A stretch of 53,027 nt of DNA from Sphingomonadaceae bacterium (GTDB lineage: Bacteria; Chloroflexota; UBA6077), in the NCBI GenBank assembly GCA_050261575.1, contig JBLNDL010000020.1:1-53027 (forward strand), given 5' to 3'. Positions 40,756 through 50,170 of this stretch are shown piece by piece; the stretch's first letter is position 1, and every line of letters begins with the position of its first letter. The notes under the pieces are model-generated. The model was not told where the DNA came from. It did no database searches and was given only the letters and a program-made list of their open reading frames with translations. The translations under genes and the position numbers were made by a program.

Positions 40756-40801
40756 TGTGCGAAGTGAGACAGGGCGTTGGCTACGTCCCTGCCGTGCGCC
40801 A

Positions 40802-40933
40802 TCAGAAGGGGAGGGCGATCCCCAGCAGCGGGGCCACCGCGAGGGCTGCGACCACGGTCGCCACGGCCAACGATGCGAGGGCGAGGCTGCATCCGCAGCA
40901 GCAACAGGGGCATCCACAGGATGGTGCGGCCAT
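40802..40933 (-). CDS. 43-aa Cys-rich single-TM microprotein (not in ORF track)
   Basis: GGAGGAATCCACC-ATG; MAAPSCGCPCCCCGCSLALASLAVATVVAALAVAPLLGIALPF*; upstream TAGAAT, downstream hairpin. Confidence 0.75.
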   Translation of the reverse strand: MAAPSCGCPCCCCGCSLALASLAVATVVAALAVAPLLGIALPF

Positions 40934-41128
40934 GGTGGATTCCTCCAATAGGGAGTGTGCTCGGCTACCCAACTCTACATTCTACTCCTCCCGGCGGTCG
41001 GAGAGCACCGATCCGGCCCTCCAAGGCGGACGTGCGACGAACCGCGGGGAGTGGTGGCCGGCCAATGTGAAACCGGCCCGCAAATTGCCGTGTCATTGCC
41101 CTAATCCAGAAAAGAAGGAGCGGCCGCC

Positions 41129-41506
41129 ATGGCGGAGCAGTTGGATCGATTCGAGTTTCCGGCTTTCATCAAAGACCTCCCTGAAGCCGACACACCGTAC
41201 GACGGCCTGAGAAGCTGGGTGGTGCCGAGCGATCGCGGACAGGTCGTCTTCAACGAGGCCGACACCGAGGTGGACGTGGTGGAGCACTCCCATGGGGATC
41301 AGTGGGGAGTGGTGCTGGAGGGGAGGATGGACCTCTTCATCGCCGGCCAGAAGCAGGTGTGTTACGCGGGAGATAGCTACTTCATCCCAGCCGAGACACC
41401 TCACGGCATGAAGATCTTCCCCGGTACCCGAACGGTGGACTACTTCGCGGACCGCGAGCGGTACAAGCTGCGGCCTGCTCCCGCCTTGCGAGGGCTTCCG
41501 CGGTAG
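41129..41506 (+). CDS. Cupin-domain protein
   Basis: EHSHGDQWGVVLEG, GDSYFIPAETPH; RBS AAGGAG. Confidence 0.88.
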   Translation: MAEQLDRFEFPAFIKDLPEADTPYDGLRSWVVPSDRGQVVFNEADTEVDVVEHSHGDQWGVVLEGRMDLFIAGQKQVCYAGDSYFIPAETPHGMKIFPGTRTVDYFADRERYKLRPAPALRGLPR

Positions 41507-41631
41507 CGGCGGGATCGGGGTAGCGAGGCTTGGAGGCTCGCAGCTCTGCCGCGCCGTCCGGGCGGCGGGGGACAAGCTCCTGCCTCACCCCTTCGACATG
41601 GCGGCTGGGTGACAACCACTGCGGCCGAGCG

Positions 41632-43005
41632 CTACGCCTGGTTCTTAAGCTCCTCGATGCGCCGGATCCGCTGCTGGATCTCGGCCTCGAATCCGGTGGA
41701 GGAGGGCTGGTAGAAGCCACCCTCCAGCTCCTCCGGGAGGTAGCGCTGGCGGTAGCGGCGGGGGTCGTCCGGGGCGAAGTCGTGAGAGTAGTCGTACCCC
41801 TTGCCGTATCCGAGCGACCTCATCAGGCCCGTGGGGGCGTTGCGCAGGTGGAGTGGGACCGACAGGTTGCCCGTTTGTTGGACGGCGGCACGTGCGCGGC
41901 CGATGGCCGTTGTGGCGGAGTTGCTCTTGGGGGCGGTGGCCAGGTAGATGGCTGCCTCGGACATGATCAGCCACGCCTCGGGCATTCCGACGAAGTGGAC
42001 CGCCTGCTGGGCTGCAACGGCGACCTGAAGCGCCTGCGGATCGGCCAGCCCGACGTCCTCAGCGGCGAGGATCACCATCCGTCGGAGGACGAAGAGGGGG
42101 TCCTCGCCTGCCTCCAACATGCGGGCCATCCAGTAGAGGGCCGCATCGGGATCGGAGCCGCGCAGCGACTTGATGAAGGCGGAGACCACGTCGTAGTGCT
42201 GCTCGCCGGCCTTGTCGTACAGCAGGCTCCGGCGCTGCATGGCGTCCTCGACGGCCGCGAGGCTCACCTTCCGGCGACCCTGCTCATCGGGTGGCGTGGC
42301 CATGGTGGCCAGCTCCAGGGCGTTCAGGGCGGTCCTGGCGTCGCCGCCAGCCAGGGCGACCAGCGCCTTCATCGCCTCCGGCGCCAGCTCAGCCTGGAGG
42401 CCGCCGAGGCCTCGATCCGTGTCGGATAGGGCCCTGCGGAGCAGCACCTCCACCTCCTCGTCGCGCAGCGCTCGCAGTGTGAAGACCCGGCAGCGCGAGA
42501 GGAGCGCGGAGTTCACCTCGAAGCTGGGGTTCTCGGTCGTCGCGCCCACGAGGGTGACGACCCCCTGCTCCACGGCGTGGAGGATGGCATCCTGCTGCCC
42601 CTTGTTGAAGCGGTGGATCTCGTCGATCAGCAGGATCGTTCGTTGGCCCTGCTGCCTGCGGCGTCGCGCGGCCTCGTCGATGACTTTACGTAAGTCGGCG
42701 ACGCCCGCCGAGACGGCGCTTAGCCCCACGAAGTGGGCGTGGGTCGATCGGGCCACGATCTGGGCCAGGGTGGTCTTTCCGGAGCCCGGAGGCCCCCACA
42801 GGATCAGGGAGGTGACGCGGTCCGTCTCGATCGCCCTGCGGAGTAGCTTGCCGGGCCCCAGGATGTGCTCCTGGCCCACGAACTCATCCAGGGTGCGAGG
42901 ACGCATGCGGGCGGCGAGGGGCGCACCCTCCAGATCCTCCTCACGGGTTGGCTCGGGATCGGGCGAGCCGAACAGAAGGCCCTGGCGGTCGTCTCGGCTG
43001 GGCAC
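41632..43005 (-). CDS. rarA: Replication-associated recombination protein A (RarA/MgsA)
   Basis: PLAARMRP, WGPPGSGKTT, IDEIHRFNK, GATTENP, SAFIKSLRGSDPDAA. Confidence 0.95.
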   Translation of the reverse strand: MPSRDDRQGLLFGSPDPEPTREEDLEGAPLAARMRPRTLDEFVGQEHILGPGKLLRRAIETDRVTSLILWGPPGSGKTTLAQIVARSTHAHFVGLSAVSAGVADLRKVIDEAARRRRQQGQRTILLIDEIHRFNKGQQDAILHAVEQGVVTLVGATTENPSFEVNSALLSRCRVFTLRALRDEEVEVLLRRALSDTDRGLGGLQAELAPEAMKALVALAGGDARTALNALELATMATPPDEQGRRKVSLAAVEDAMQRRSLLYDKAGEQHYDVVSAFIKSLRGSDPDAALYWMARMLEAGEDPLFVLRRMVILAAEDVGLADPQALQVAVAAQQAVHFVGMPEAWLIMSEAAIYLATAPKSNSATTAIGRARAAVQQTGNLSVPLHLRNAPTGLMRSLGYGKGYDYSHDFAPDDPRRYRQRYLPEELEGGFYQPSSTGFEAEIQQRIRRIEELKNQA

Positions 43006-43069
43006 GGCAAGACTCCTGTAGCAGTGATGGCGATTCTAACGGCAGGGTGGCGGCAGGGCAAGGTTGGCG

Positions 43070-44230
43070 TCAGAGCGCCTTCTGGTATATTGCCCGCGCG
43101 TCCTCGGGTCGCACCCTGCGGGGGTTGTTCGCGAGCAGCCTCGTAACCTGCATCGCGGCCTCCACCAGGGCATCCACGTGCTCGGCCGTTATCCCCACCT
43201 CCGCCAACCTCTGCGGGATGCCGATGTCCTGAGACAGCAGCCGGCATGCCTGCGCGCTTCGGGCTGCCGCGTCGCGCGGCGAGAGACCCGTGATCGGCTC
43301 GGTCATGGCCTCGGCCACCCGGGCGAACTTGCCCATGTTGCTCAGGGCGTTGAACTCCAGGACGTAGGGCAGAAGCAGGGAGTTGGCGATGCCGTGGGTG
43401 ATTCGGTGCTGCCCCTGCAGGGGGTACGCGAGGGCGTGAACGGCGTTGGTGCCCGCGTTGGCGATGGCGATGCCGGCGTAGAAGCTGGCCCGTGCCATGG
43501 CTTCCCTGGCTGGCAGATCGCTGCCGTTGCCGACCGCCGTGCGCAGGTTGGCTCCGATCAGCCGTATGGACTCGAGGGCGTACATGTCGGTGAGTGGAGA
43601 GGCGTTGAGGGAGGTGTACGCCTCCACCGCGTGGCAGAGGGCATCCACTCCGGTGGCCGCCGTCACCGACGGGGGGACGGTCAGCGTGAGCCCCGGGTCC
43701 ACGATGGCGACGTCCGGGACGGTGTGCGGACTGACGATGGCCTTCTTGTCCTTCAGCGCGGGGACGTAGAAGAGGGAGTTGGGGGTTATCTCCGCACCCG
43801 TGCCCGAGGTGGTGGGCATCAGGATGGACGGCACGCCTCGCCTCGGGACGAGGCCGATCCCAAGGTAGTCCTCCACCCTTCCGCCGCAGGCAATCAGCAC
43901 CGCCACGGCCTTGGCGGTGTCCATTGCGCTGCCTCCGCCCACGCCGACGACCAGGTTGCAGCCAGCCGATCGCGCGACCTCTGCGACGTGGTCGACGCTC
44001 TGGACGGAGGGTTCCGCCTCGACCTCCGTGCAGACCGCAGGCGTGACCTCCTTGGCCGTCAGCCAGGAGACTATCTGGTCCGTCACCCCTATCTGGCGCA
44101 GCGCAGGATCGGCCACCACGAATGCGTGGGATCCGCCCAGCCGCCTCGCCTCGGCTCCCACCGTCTCCGCGGCGCCGAATCCGAAGGTGATCTGATTGGG
44201 AACCCGAAAGACCGACACTGTGCTGGCCAA
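43070..44230 (-). CDS. Iron-containing alcohol dehydrogenase
   Basis: GGGSAMDTAK, PTTSGTGAE, DALCHAVEAY, VHALAY, HGIAN; TTG 44230 after GAGGAGGGAG. Confidence 0.92.
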   Translation of the reverse strand: MASTVSVFRVPNQITFGFGAAETVGAEARRLGGSHAFVVADPALRQIGVTDQIVSWLTAKEVTPAVCTEVEAEPSVQSVDHVAEVARSAGCNLVVGVGGGSAMDTAKAVAVLIACGGRVEDYLGIGLVPRRGVPSILMPTTSGTGAEITPNSLFYVPALKDKKAIVSPHTVPDVAIVDPGLTLTVPPSVTAATGVDALCHAVEAYTSLNASPLTDMYALESIRLIGANLRTAVGNGSDLPAREAMARASFYAGIAIANAGTNAVHALAYPLQGQHRITHGIANSLLLPYVLEFNALSNMGKFARVAEAMTEPITGLSPRDAAARSAQACRLLSQDIGIPQRLAEVGITAEHVDALVEAAMQVTRLLANNPRRVRPEDARAIYQKAL

Positions 44231-44648
44231 TTCTCCCTCCTCTGTCGTGATGACCCCTTGGATGTGGCGTAGGAGTCCGTCACAGGCCTGCTGCGACGCG
44301 ACGAGATGTCGAGGTCCCGCGGTGGCGCGCGCGGCTCCGTGATTCCGCCGAGCAGATCGATGATAGTCCCGAATAAGCCGAATCGCAACTCGGGGGCGTC
44401 CCTGCCACCGGAGCCGCAACCACGTCGTTATTGACTCTGGCCCGATGGGTGCTAGACTGGAGGCGTGTCCACGGCAGCTAAAGGCGGCAGGACACACTCG
44501 CCGCCTACTTGCTGCGGCGTGCCGAGCGGGCCGCAGTGCCCTGTTCGGGGCGGGGGACCCGACTGTTCCCCGGCCCCTCTTTCCTCAGACGGTGGTGGCA
44601 GTTGGGATGCGTGCCGGATCGATCCGGCGACGGAGGAGGGAGAGGGAG

Positions 44649-45140
44649 ATGCGTTGCAGGGAGAAGTTGCAGGAGTACCTCACGACTAGCGGGGTCGGGT
44701 TCGAGATCGAACACCACCGGTTGGCTTACACGGCACAGCAGCTTGCGGCGGCCGAGCACGTGTCCGGCAAGCAGGTGGCCAAGGTGGTGATGGCGGTTGC
44801 CAACGGGAGCCCGGTGATGCTGGTGCTTCCCGCCAGCAGCAACGTCAACCTGGAGAAGCTGCGGGCGGAGTTGGGGGCTAGGGAGTTGCGGCTGGCCAAG
44901 GAGGAGGAGTTCGCCACCATCTTTCCCGACTGTGAGGTGGGGGCGATGCCTCCCTTCGGGAACCTGTACGGGGTTCCCGTGTACATCGAGAGAAGCCTGA
45001 CCAGGGTTCCGGAGATCACCTTCCCCGCTGGGAGCCACACCGAGAGCATGAGAATCCGCTACAGCGATTACGAGAGGCTGGTGCACCCGGTGGTGATGGA
45101 GTTCGCCGTGCGGCAGATAGCTGAGATACCTGGGGTGTAG
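44649..45140 (+). CDS. YbaK/EbsC (ProX-like) aminoacyl-tRNA editing protein
   Basis: AYTAQQLA, VAKVV, FPDCEVGAMPPFG, AGSHT. Confidence 0.9.
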   Translation: MRCREKLQEYLTTSGVGFEIEHHRLAYTAQQLAAAEHVSGKQVAKVVMAVANGSPVMLVLPASSNVNLEKLRAELGARELRLAKEEEFATIFPDCEVGAMPPFGNLYGVPVYIERSLTRVPEITFPAGSHTESMRIRYSDYERLVHPVVMEFAVRQIAEIPGV

Positions 45141-45177
45141 AGGATCGGGACGGCCGCAGGCGTCGGGCCGTGCGCTC

Positions 45178-45210
45178 GGAGGGCGGGGGATGAGCCCCCG
45201 CCCCCTTTTT
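45178..45210 (+). terminator. Intrinsic terminator after ybaK
   Basis: GGGCGGGGG-ATGAG-CCCCCGCCC then CCTTTTT. Confidence 0.8.
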
Positions 45211-45346
45211 GCAGTGCAATGAGGGACGGCGAGGCCACCTCGGAGTGCGAGCCGGGGATTCCTCACTGCCACCCGAGGCGCAGTCGAATGGGCTCCACGC
45301 GGCGATGCGGGTGTATTCCCCCACGATGAGTCAGGAGCTAACCGGC

Positions 45347-46285
45347 ATGATGCTGCAGGAGATCGAGTCCCGCCTGGTCCAGATGGTCGGGCAGGCCGGA
45401 CAGATGGCCCTGGAGTGGTTCTGGCGCCCGCTCCAGGTGGAGTACAAGCAGATGGATAGGATGGACCCCGTCACCCAGGCCGATCGAGAGGTCGAGTCCT
45501 TCCTTAGATCCGCCATCGCCAGCGAGTTTCCGGACCATGCTATCCTCGGGGAGGAGGGCACCGAGCTGGAGGTCTCGGAGCGTGAGTACCTCTGGGTTGT
45601 GGACCCGGTGGACGGCACCTCCAACTTCGTGAACGGCTTTCCCCTCTTCGCCTGCTCCGTCGCCCTCCTGCGAAATATGGAGCCCGTGGTGGGGGCGCTC
45701 TTCCTGCCGGTATCACCGCGCGTATCCTCCCCTGCCCCCGCGGCAGGGGTCGAGCCTCGAGCCTCCGTCGCCCGGTTGGGGAGCGGTGTGCTCCACGCCC
45801 GGCTGGGTGGTGGCGCGTACCTGGACGGCATTCGGGTGCAGGCATCGGAGGCCGAGGAGCCGGAGCCCTCGAGTCTGTCGGGATTGCCCGGCCTGCACGC
45901 TCACCACTTCCATCGGAGGGATCGGTTGCGCCGGAGCCCCGGCGAGCTTCGCTGCACAGGCAGCGTCTGCTTCGAGGCCGCCATGGTCGCGACCGGGGTC
46001 TTCCGGTACGCCGTTTTCCGCAGCCCGAAGCTTTGGGACGTGGCGGCGGCAACGCTGATCGTCCGCGAGGCGGGGGGGACGAGCCTGCGGTGGAGGGGCG
46101 CGGAGTGGGAGCCGCTCACTCGCTTCGAGCCCATGTCCAACCCGAAGGATCCCCGGGAGAAGGGCTTCCGTTTTTGGAGAGCGGTGACCCTGATGGGGGG
46201 GAGCCGTGTGGCGCGCTTCGTGGCCGAGCGGCTGAGGCCGGTACTGCCACCAGATAAGGCAGCCAGGAGGGCTACCGCAGAATAG
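45347..46285 (+). CDS. Inositol monophosphatase (SuhB) family protein
   Basis: VTQAD, GEE, WVVDPVDGTSNF, WDVAAA; start uncertain (45326 or 45347). Confidence 0.88.
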   Translation: MMLQEIESRLVQMVGQAGQMALEWFWRPLQVEYKQMDRMDPVTQADREVESFLRSAIASEFPDHAILGEEGTELEVSEREYLWVVDPVDGTSNFVNGFPLFACSVALLRNMEPVVGALFLPVSPRVSSPAPAAGVEPRASVARLGSGVLHARLGGGAYLDGIRVQASEAEEPEPSSLSGLPGLHAHHFHRRDRLRRSPGELRCTGSVCFEAAMVATGVFRYAVFRSPKLWDVAAATLIVREAGGTSLRWRGAEWEPLTRFEPMSNPKDPREKGFRFWRAVTLMGGSRVARFVAERLRPVLPPDKAARRATAE

Positions 46286-46404
46286 CGCGTCATCGGGAGA
46301 TCGCCACGGATCGGCAGATGTCGCAGGCCGACCGCAGATGGGCCTCTCCGATCGGCATATGCGGGCATCTGCGCGCATCTGTGGATCGGTTCTGTCGGCG
46401 ACCC

Positions 46405-46860
46405 TCAGCGCCGCACCGGTGTGCTCGTCGCCCTGCTCCCAGGAGCGGTGGGACCCAGATTCTGGTCCTCGAGGGTCAGTTCGATGACGCCCGTTCCCTC
46501 CATCTGCGTCACGTTGGGGCTGTTCTCCGTCGTGATGACCACCCCAACCACCTGGAAGGGCGCCGTCCCCTCCGCCCTCAGGTCGACCCCTGCCGGCACA
46601 GGGCCCAGCTTCGCCACCTGTTTCCTACCCTGGTCGTAGGCCCACAGCACGTAGCTCTTGCCCTCGGGAGATGGGGGGATCGAGTAGCGCACGGACACCT
46701 GAGACCGGCCATCCAGGTAGCTGACGGCGAAGGACAGGGAGAGCGGGCGGGTGACCTCCTTGAACCGGGTGTCGAGGCCGCAGCCGGAGAGCAACCCCGT
46801 CAGCAGCAGGGCGACGGCCAGCGCTATCCAGACTCCGAGTGGGTTCCGCTTCATGGCCAT
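46405..46860 (-). CDS. Lipoprotein with RskA-like C-terminal domain
   Basis: Lipobox LSGC; PSPEGKSYVLW...VVITTEN resembles RskA PxGxxYQLW...AVTxE. Confidence 0.6.
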   Translation of the reverse strand: MAMKRNPLGVWIALAVALLLTGLLSGCGLDTRFKEVTRPLSLSFAVSYLDGRSQVSVRYSIPPSPEGKSYVLWAYDQGRKQVAKLGPVPAGVDLRAEGTAPFQVVGVVITTENSPNVTQMEGTGVIELTLEDQNLGPTAPGSRATSTPVRR

Positions 46861-47014
46861 GAGCGGGGGAAGGCAAGATGTGTGCGAGAGGAAGGCCTAC
46901 CCTCGGGCCAGCCTGAGCCAGGCTTCGGCCAGCAACAGTTCCCGTAGGCAAGGGCCGACGGCGTGGGCTCGGAGCAGTCGGCGGAGTGGGGAGGGATTGC
47001 TATCCACGTCGGTA

Positions 47015-47403
47015 GGCGCAGGAAGGTAGTAAGCGAGATTCTGTTTTAGACGGCCATCTGTCTCGGGGCCTGCGGCCCCGGCCACTTGCGTGGCTGCCCT
47101 GTACCTTGGCCTCGGCGAGCAGCGTCATCGGCCACATCTCAGGTTGCAGCGGGGAGGATTGCCCTTTTCACTCCGGCATTACCCGGCATTGGTCTCTGTT
47201 GCTCTAACTGTCGGTTACCCGCCCTGGCTCACACCAGGCACCCTGCTCTGTGCTGTCTCGACTTTCCTCTAGCACGTCGGGCAACTATCCAGGGGTCTGA
47301 ATGGTTTGGGAGACACCCCAAACCCCCGGCGGCAGGGGCTTCGCCCCCGCCGGACACCCCCAGAGGCTGTCCGCGCGCCAGCGGCCGTCCGCCTTCCTGC
47401 GCC
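47015..47403 (-). ncRNA. rnpB: RNase P RNA
   Basis: CR-I GAGGAAAGUCGAGAC (47269-47255), AGAGCAACAGAGA, GUGAAA, CR-V AACAGAAUCUCGCUUA (47045-47030); P1 GGCGCAGGAAGG/CCUUCCUGCGCC; P2 GACGGCC/GGCCGUC; upstream TG-g-TATAAT at 47439-47434. Confidence 0.93.
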
Positions 47404-47573
47404 GACGATCCCGTGGTTGGGTCCGACCCGCATATTATACCATGCGGGCCGTGGGCAAGCAGGCTGGTGGCTGGTAGCCCCAGCAGGGCAGGGCCATTCC
47501 CCTCCAGGTGGTCTGCGGGCTGCGCTGCGCGGCGGGGGATAAGCCCCTGCCCTACGAAACGGGGAGGACTCCC

Positions 47574-48281
47574 TCAGATCCCGAGGTAGGCCCTCTGGAT
47601 GGCGTCGGAGCCCAGCAGTTCCTGGCCCGTTCCCGCCATCACCACGCTGCCGGTCTGCAGCACGTAGGCTCGGGTTGCCAGCTCCAGCGCCTCGCGCACG
47701 TTCTGCTCCACCAGCAGGATGGTGATGCCGTCCCGCTTGTTCAGCTCCAGCACAGTCTCGAAGATCCTGTCCACCAGCTTGGGGGCTATCCCCAGAGAGG
47801 GCTCGTCTAGCATCAAGAGCTTCGGCCGCAACATCAGCCCTCGCCCGATCGCGAGCATCTGCTGCTCCCCTCCGGAGAGGGTCCCCGCCCTCTGCTCCCT
47901 CCGCTCCTTGAGCACAGGGAAGAGCCCGAAGACCCTCTCCAGGTCCTCGGATCGCTCCGAGGGCGACTTGCGGGTGTATGCGCCCAGGATCAGGTTCTCC
48001 ATCACCGTCTGTCGGGCGAAGAGGCGCCGACCCTCCGGGACGTGGGCGATGCCGTGGCGCACCACCTCGTGGGGGGAGAGGGTGTCCAGCCTACGACCCT
48101 CGAAGGATACGGTGCCTGCGGTGGGCTTGAGCAGGCCGGAGATGGTCTTCAGGATGGTGGTCTTGCCGGCGCCGTTGGAGCCGACGATCGAGACTATCTC
48201 GCCGGCATCGACCCTGAAGGAGACCCCGCGCAGGGCGAGCACACCGTCGTAGCCAACGTGGATGTTATCGACCTCTAGCAA
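47574..48281 (-). CDS. livF: Branched-chain amino acid-type ABC ATPase
   Basis: GSNGAGKTT, VPEGRRLF, LSGGEQQM, LDEPSLG. Confidence 0.9.
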   Translation of the reverse strand: MLEVDNIHVGYDGVLALRGVSFRVDAGEIVSIVGSNGAGKTTILKTISGLLKPTAGTVSFEGRRLDTLSPHEVVRHGIAHVPEGRRLFARQTVMENLILGAYTRKSPSERSEDLERVFGLFPVLKERREQRAGTLSGGEQQMLAIGRGLMLRPKLLMLDEPSLGIAPKLVDRIFETVLELNKRDGITILLVEQNVREALELATRAYVLQTGSVVMAGTGQELLGSDAIQRAYLGI

Positions 48282-48996
48282 CGTATTTCTCCCCCAAGTA
48301 TGCCTTGATCACTTCAGGGTTCTTCGCGACCCTATCCGGAGCCCCGTCGTCGATCTTCTTGCCGTAGTCCAGCACCACCAGCCGGTTGGAGATCGGCATG
48401 ATGATCTCCATCACGTGCTCCACCATCAGGATGGTGACCCCCTCGGCGTTGATGGCGCGGATGATCTCCACCGCCTCCTGGCACTCCGACGGGTTCAGCC
48501 CGGCCATCGCCTCGTCCAGCATTAAGAGCTTCGGCCGGGTGGCCAGCGCCCTCGCCAGCTCCAGCCGCTTCTTGTCCGCGATGGTGAGCGCCGAGGCCAG
48601 CATCTCCTTCTTGGGCAGGAGGCCGGTGAAGTGGAGCACCTCCAGGGCGCGGCCGAGGACCGCCCTGTTGTCGCCGGTGCGGAGGTAGGCCCCTACCATC
48701 ACGTTGTCCAGGACCGTCATGCCCTTGAAGACGCGCACGATCTGGAAGGTCCTGGCGATGCCCTCCCTGCAGACCTGCTCGGGCGTGGAGCCGGTGATGT
48801 CCCTGCCCTGGAAGCGGATGGTGCCGCTGTCCGGGGTGTAGAAGCCCGCGATGCAGTTGAAGAGGGTGGTCTTGCCGGCACCGTTGGGGCCGATGAGGCC
48901 GACGATCTCCCCCTGCTCCACTGTCAGGCTCACGTTATCGTTGGCTACCAGCCCGCCGAATCGCTTGGTGAGCCGGTCGACTTCCAGTAACGCCAT
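48265..48996 (-). CDS. livG: Branched-chain amino acid-type ABC ATPase
   Basis: KRFGGL, GPNGAGKTT, ARTFQ, LDEAMAG, AYLG. Confidence 0.9.
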   Translation of the reverse strand: MALLEVDRLTKRFGGLVANDNVSLTVEQGEIVGLIGPNGAGKTTLFNCIAGFYTPDSGTIRFQGRDITGSTPEQVCREGIARTFQIVRVFKGMTVLDNVMVGAYLRTGDNRAVLGRALEVLHFTGLLPKKEMLASALTIADKKRLELARALATRPKLLMLDEAMAGLNPSECQEAVEIIRAINAEGVTILMVEHVMEIIMPISNRLVVLDYGKKIDDGAPDRVAKNPEVIKAYLGEKYVARGR

Positions 48997-48998
48997 CT

Positions 48999-50033
48999 CT
49001 ACTTCCTCCGGCGCAGGCTCTTCAACAGCCCCATCAGCCCGTTCGGCTGGTACACGGCGAAGGCGATCACCAGGAAGCCGTAGATCAGCAGGTCGATCGC
49101 CTTACCGGTGCCTCCCAGCAGGACCCTGGTGCTCTCGGAGATCCCGATCAGCACCACGGCCCCGATGACTGGACCCCACAGCGTGCCTAGCCCTCCCAGG
49201 ACCGCCATGAGGCACATGGTGATGGACACCATCAGGTAGATGGTGCTGTAGGGATCGATGAAGGTGACGTACTGGGCGTAGAAGGTCCCCGCCATGGAGG
49301 TGAAGATGGCGCTGAGGATGAAGGCGATCAGCTTGTAGTTGGTGGGGTTGATCCCCAGGGCCCTGGCGCCGTCCTGGTCCTCCTTGATGGCCCGGAAGTA
49401 GTAGCCAAGCCTGGAGTGCTCGATCCAGTAGACCACCAGCATGGCTATGGCGAGGAACGCCAGACTGATGTAGTAGTAGGGAGCCTTGTCGTGGAACTGC
49501 ATGTTGATCCATGCCTCGGGGAGGAGGGGGATCTGGATGCCGACCGCCGCGCCCAGCTCCTGGGTGTTGATCACGGCGGTATAGAGGATCTCACCCACCG
49601 CAATGGTGGCAATGGCGAAGTAGTGCCCCTGCAGGCGGAAGCAGGGGTAGCCGACGGCCGCCGCCAGCAGGATGGAGAGGAGGATTCCTGCCAGCATGCC
49701 GAGCCACGGCGAGATCAGGTAGTCCTTGAGCAGGATGGTGGAGGCGTAGGCCCCCACGCCGAAGAAGATCGTGTTGCCCAGGGAGACCTGGCCGGTGTAC
49801 CCGCCGAGGATGTTCCAGCCCACCGCCATCAGGGCGTTGACGAAGACCAGGATGGCGATGTGCTGATGGAAGGGCATGGTGAAGACCAGTGGGTAGACCA
49901 GCAGGAAGAGGGCCAGGGCCGCCAGGGCCACGATCTTCAGCGGGTTCCGGCGGGCCTCGAGCTTCTCGGTTGGGTGCAGACGTGAGACACCGGGGCCCGT
50001 CTGCCCGACCAACTTGGCGTCTTGTTGAGTCAT
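48999..50033 (-). CDS. livM: LivM-like ABC permease
   Basis: NILGGYTGQVSLG, YFAIAT, AIKED, VLGGLGT; ATG at 50033. Confidence 0.9.
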   Translation of the reverse strand: MTQQDAKLVGQTGPGVSRLHPTEKLEARRNPLKIVALAALALFLLVYPLVFTMPFHQHIAILVFVNALMAVGWNILGGYTGQVSLGNTIFFGVGAYASTILLKDYLISPWLGMLAGILLSILLAAAVGYPCFRLQGHYFAIATIAVGEILYTAVINTQELGAAVGIQIPLLPEAWINMQFHDKAPYYYISLAFLAIAMLVVYWIEHSRLGYYFRAIKEDQDGARALGINPTNYKLIAFILSAIFTSMAGTFYAQYVTFIDPYSTIYLMVSITMCLMAVLGGLGTLWGPVIGAVVLIGISESTRVLLGGTGKAIDLLIYGFLVIAFAVYQPNGLMGLLKSLRRRK

Positions 50034-50170
50034 ACCGTTACGCTCCGCTCGGTGTATCGTGCCACGATCCCATCGCATAAGGCCGTGGGGCTGAGTCTTC
50101 TGCCCCGCTGCCCCCGGGCGATGCTCGTTGCGGCAGGGGATAAGCCTGCCCCACTCCTGGAACGACGCCC

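Noticed and set aside
44465..44640. T-box leader of ybaK
   Set aside because: No AGGGUGGNACC T-box ahead of the hairpin and no Stem I AG/GNUG motifs.
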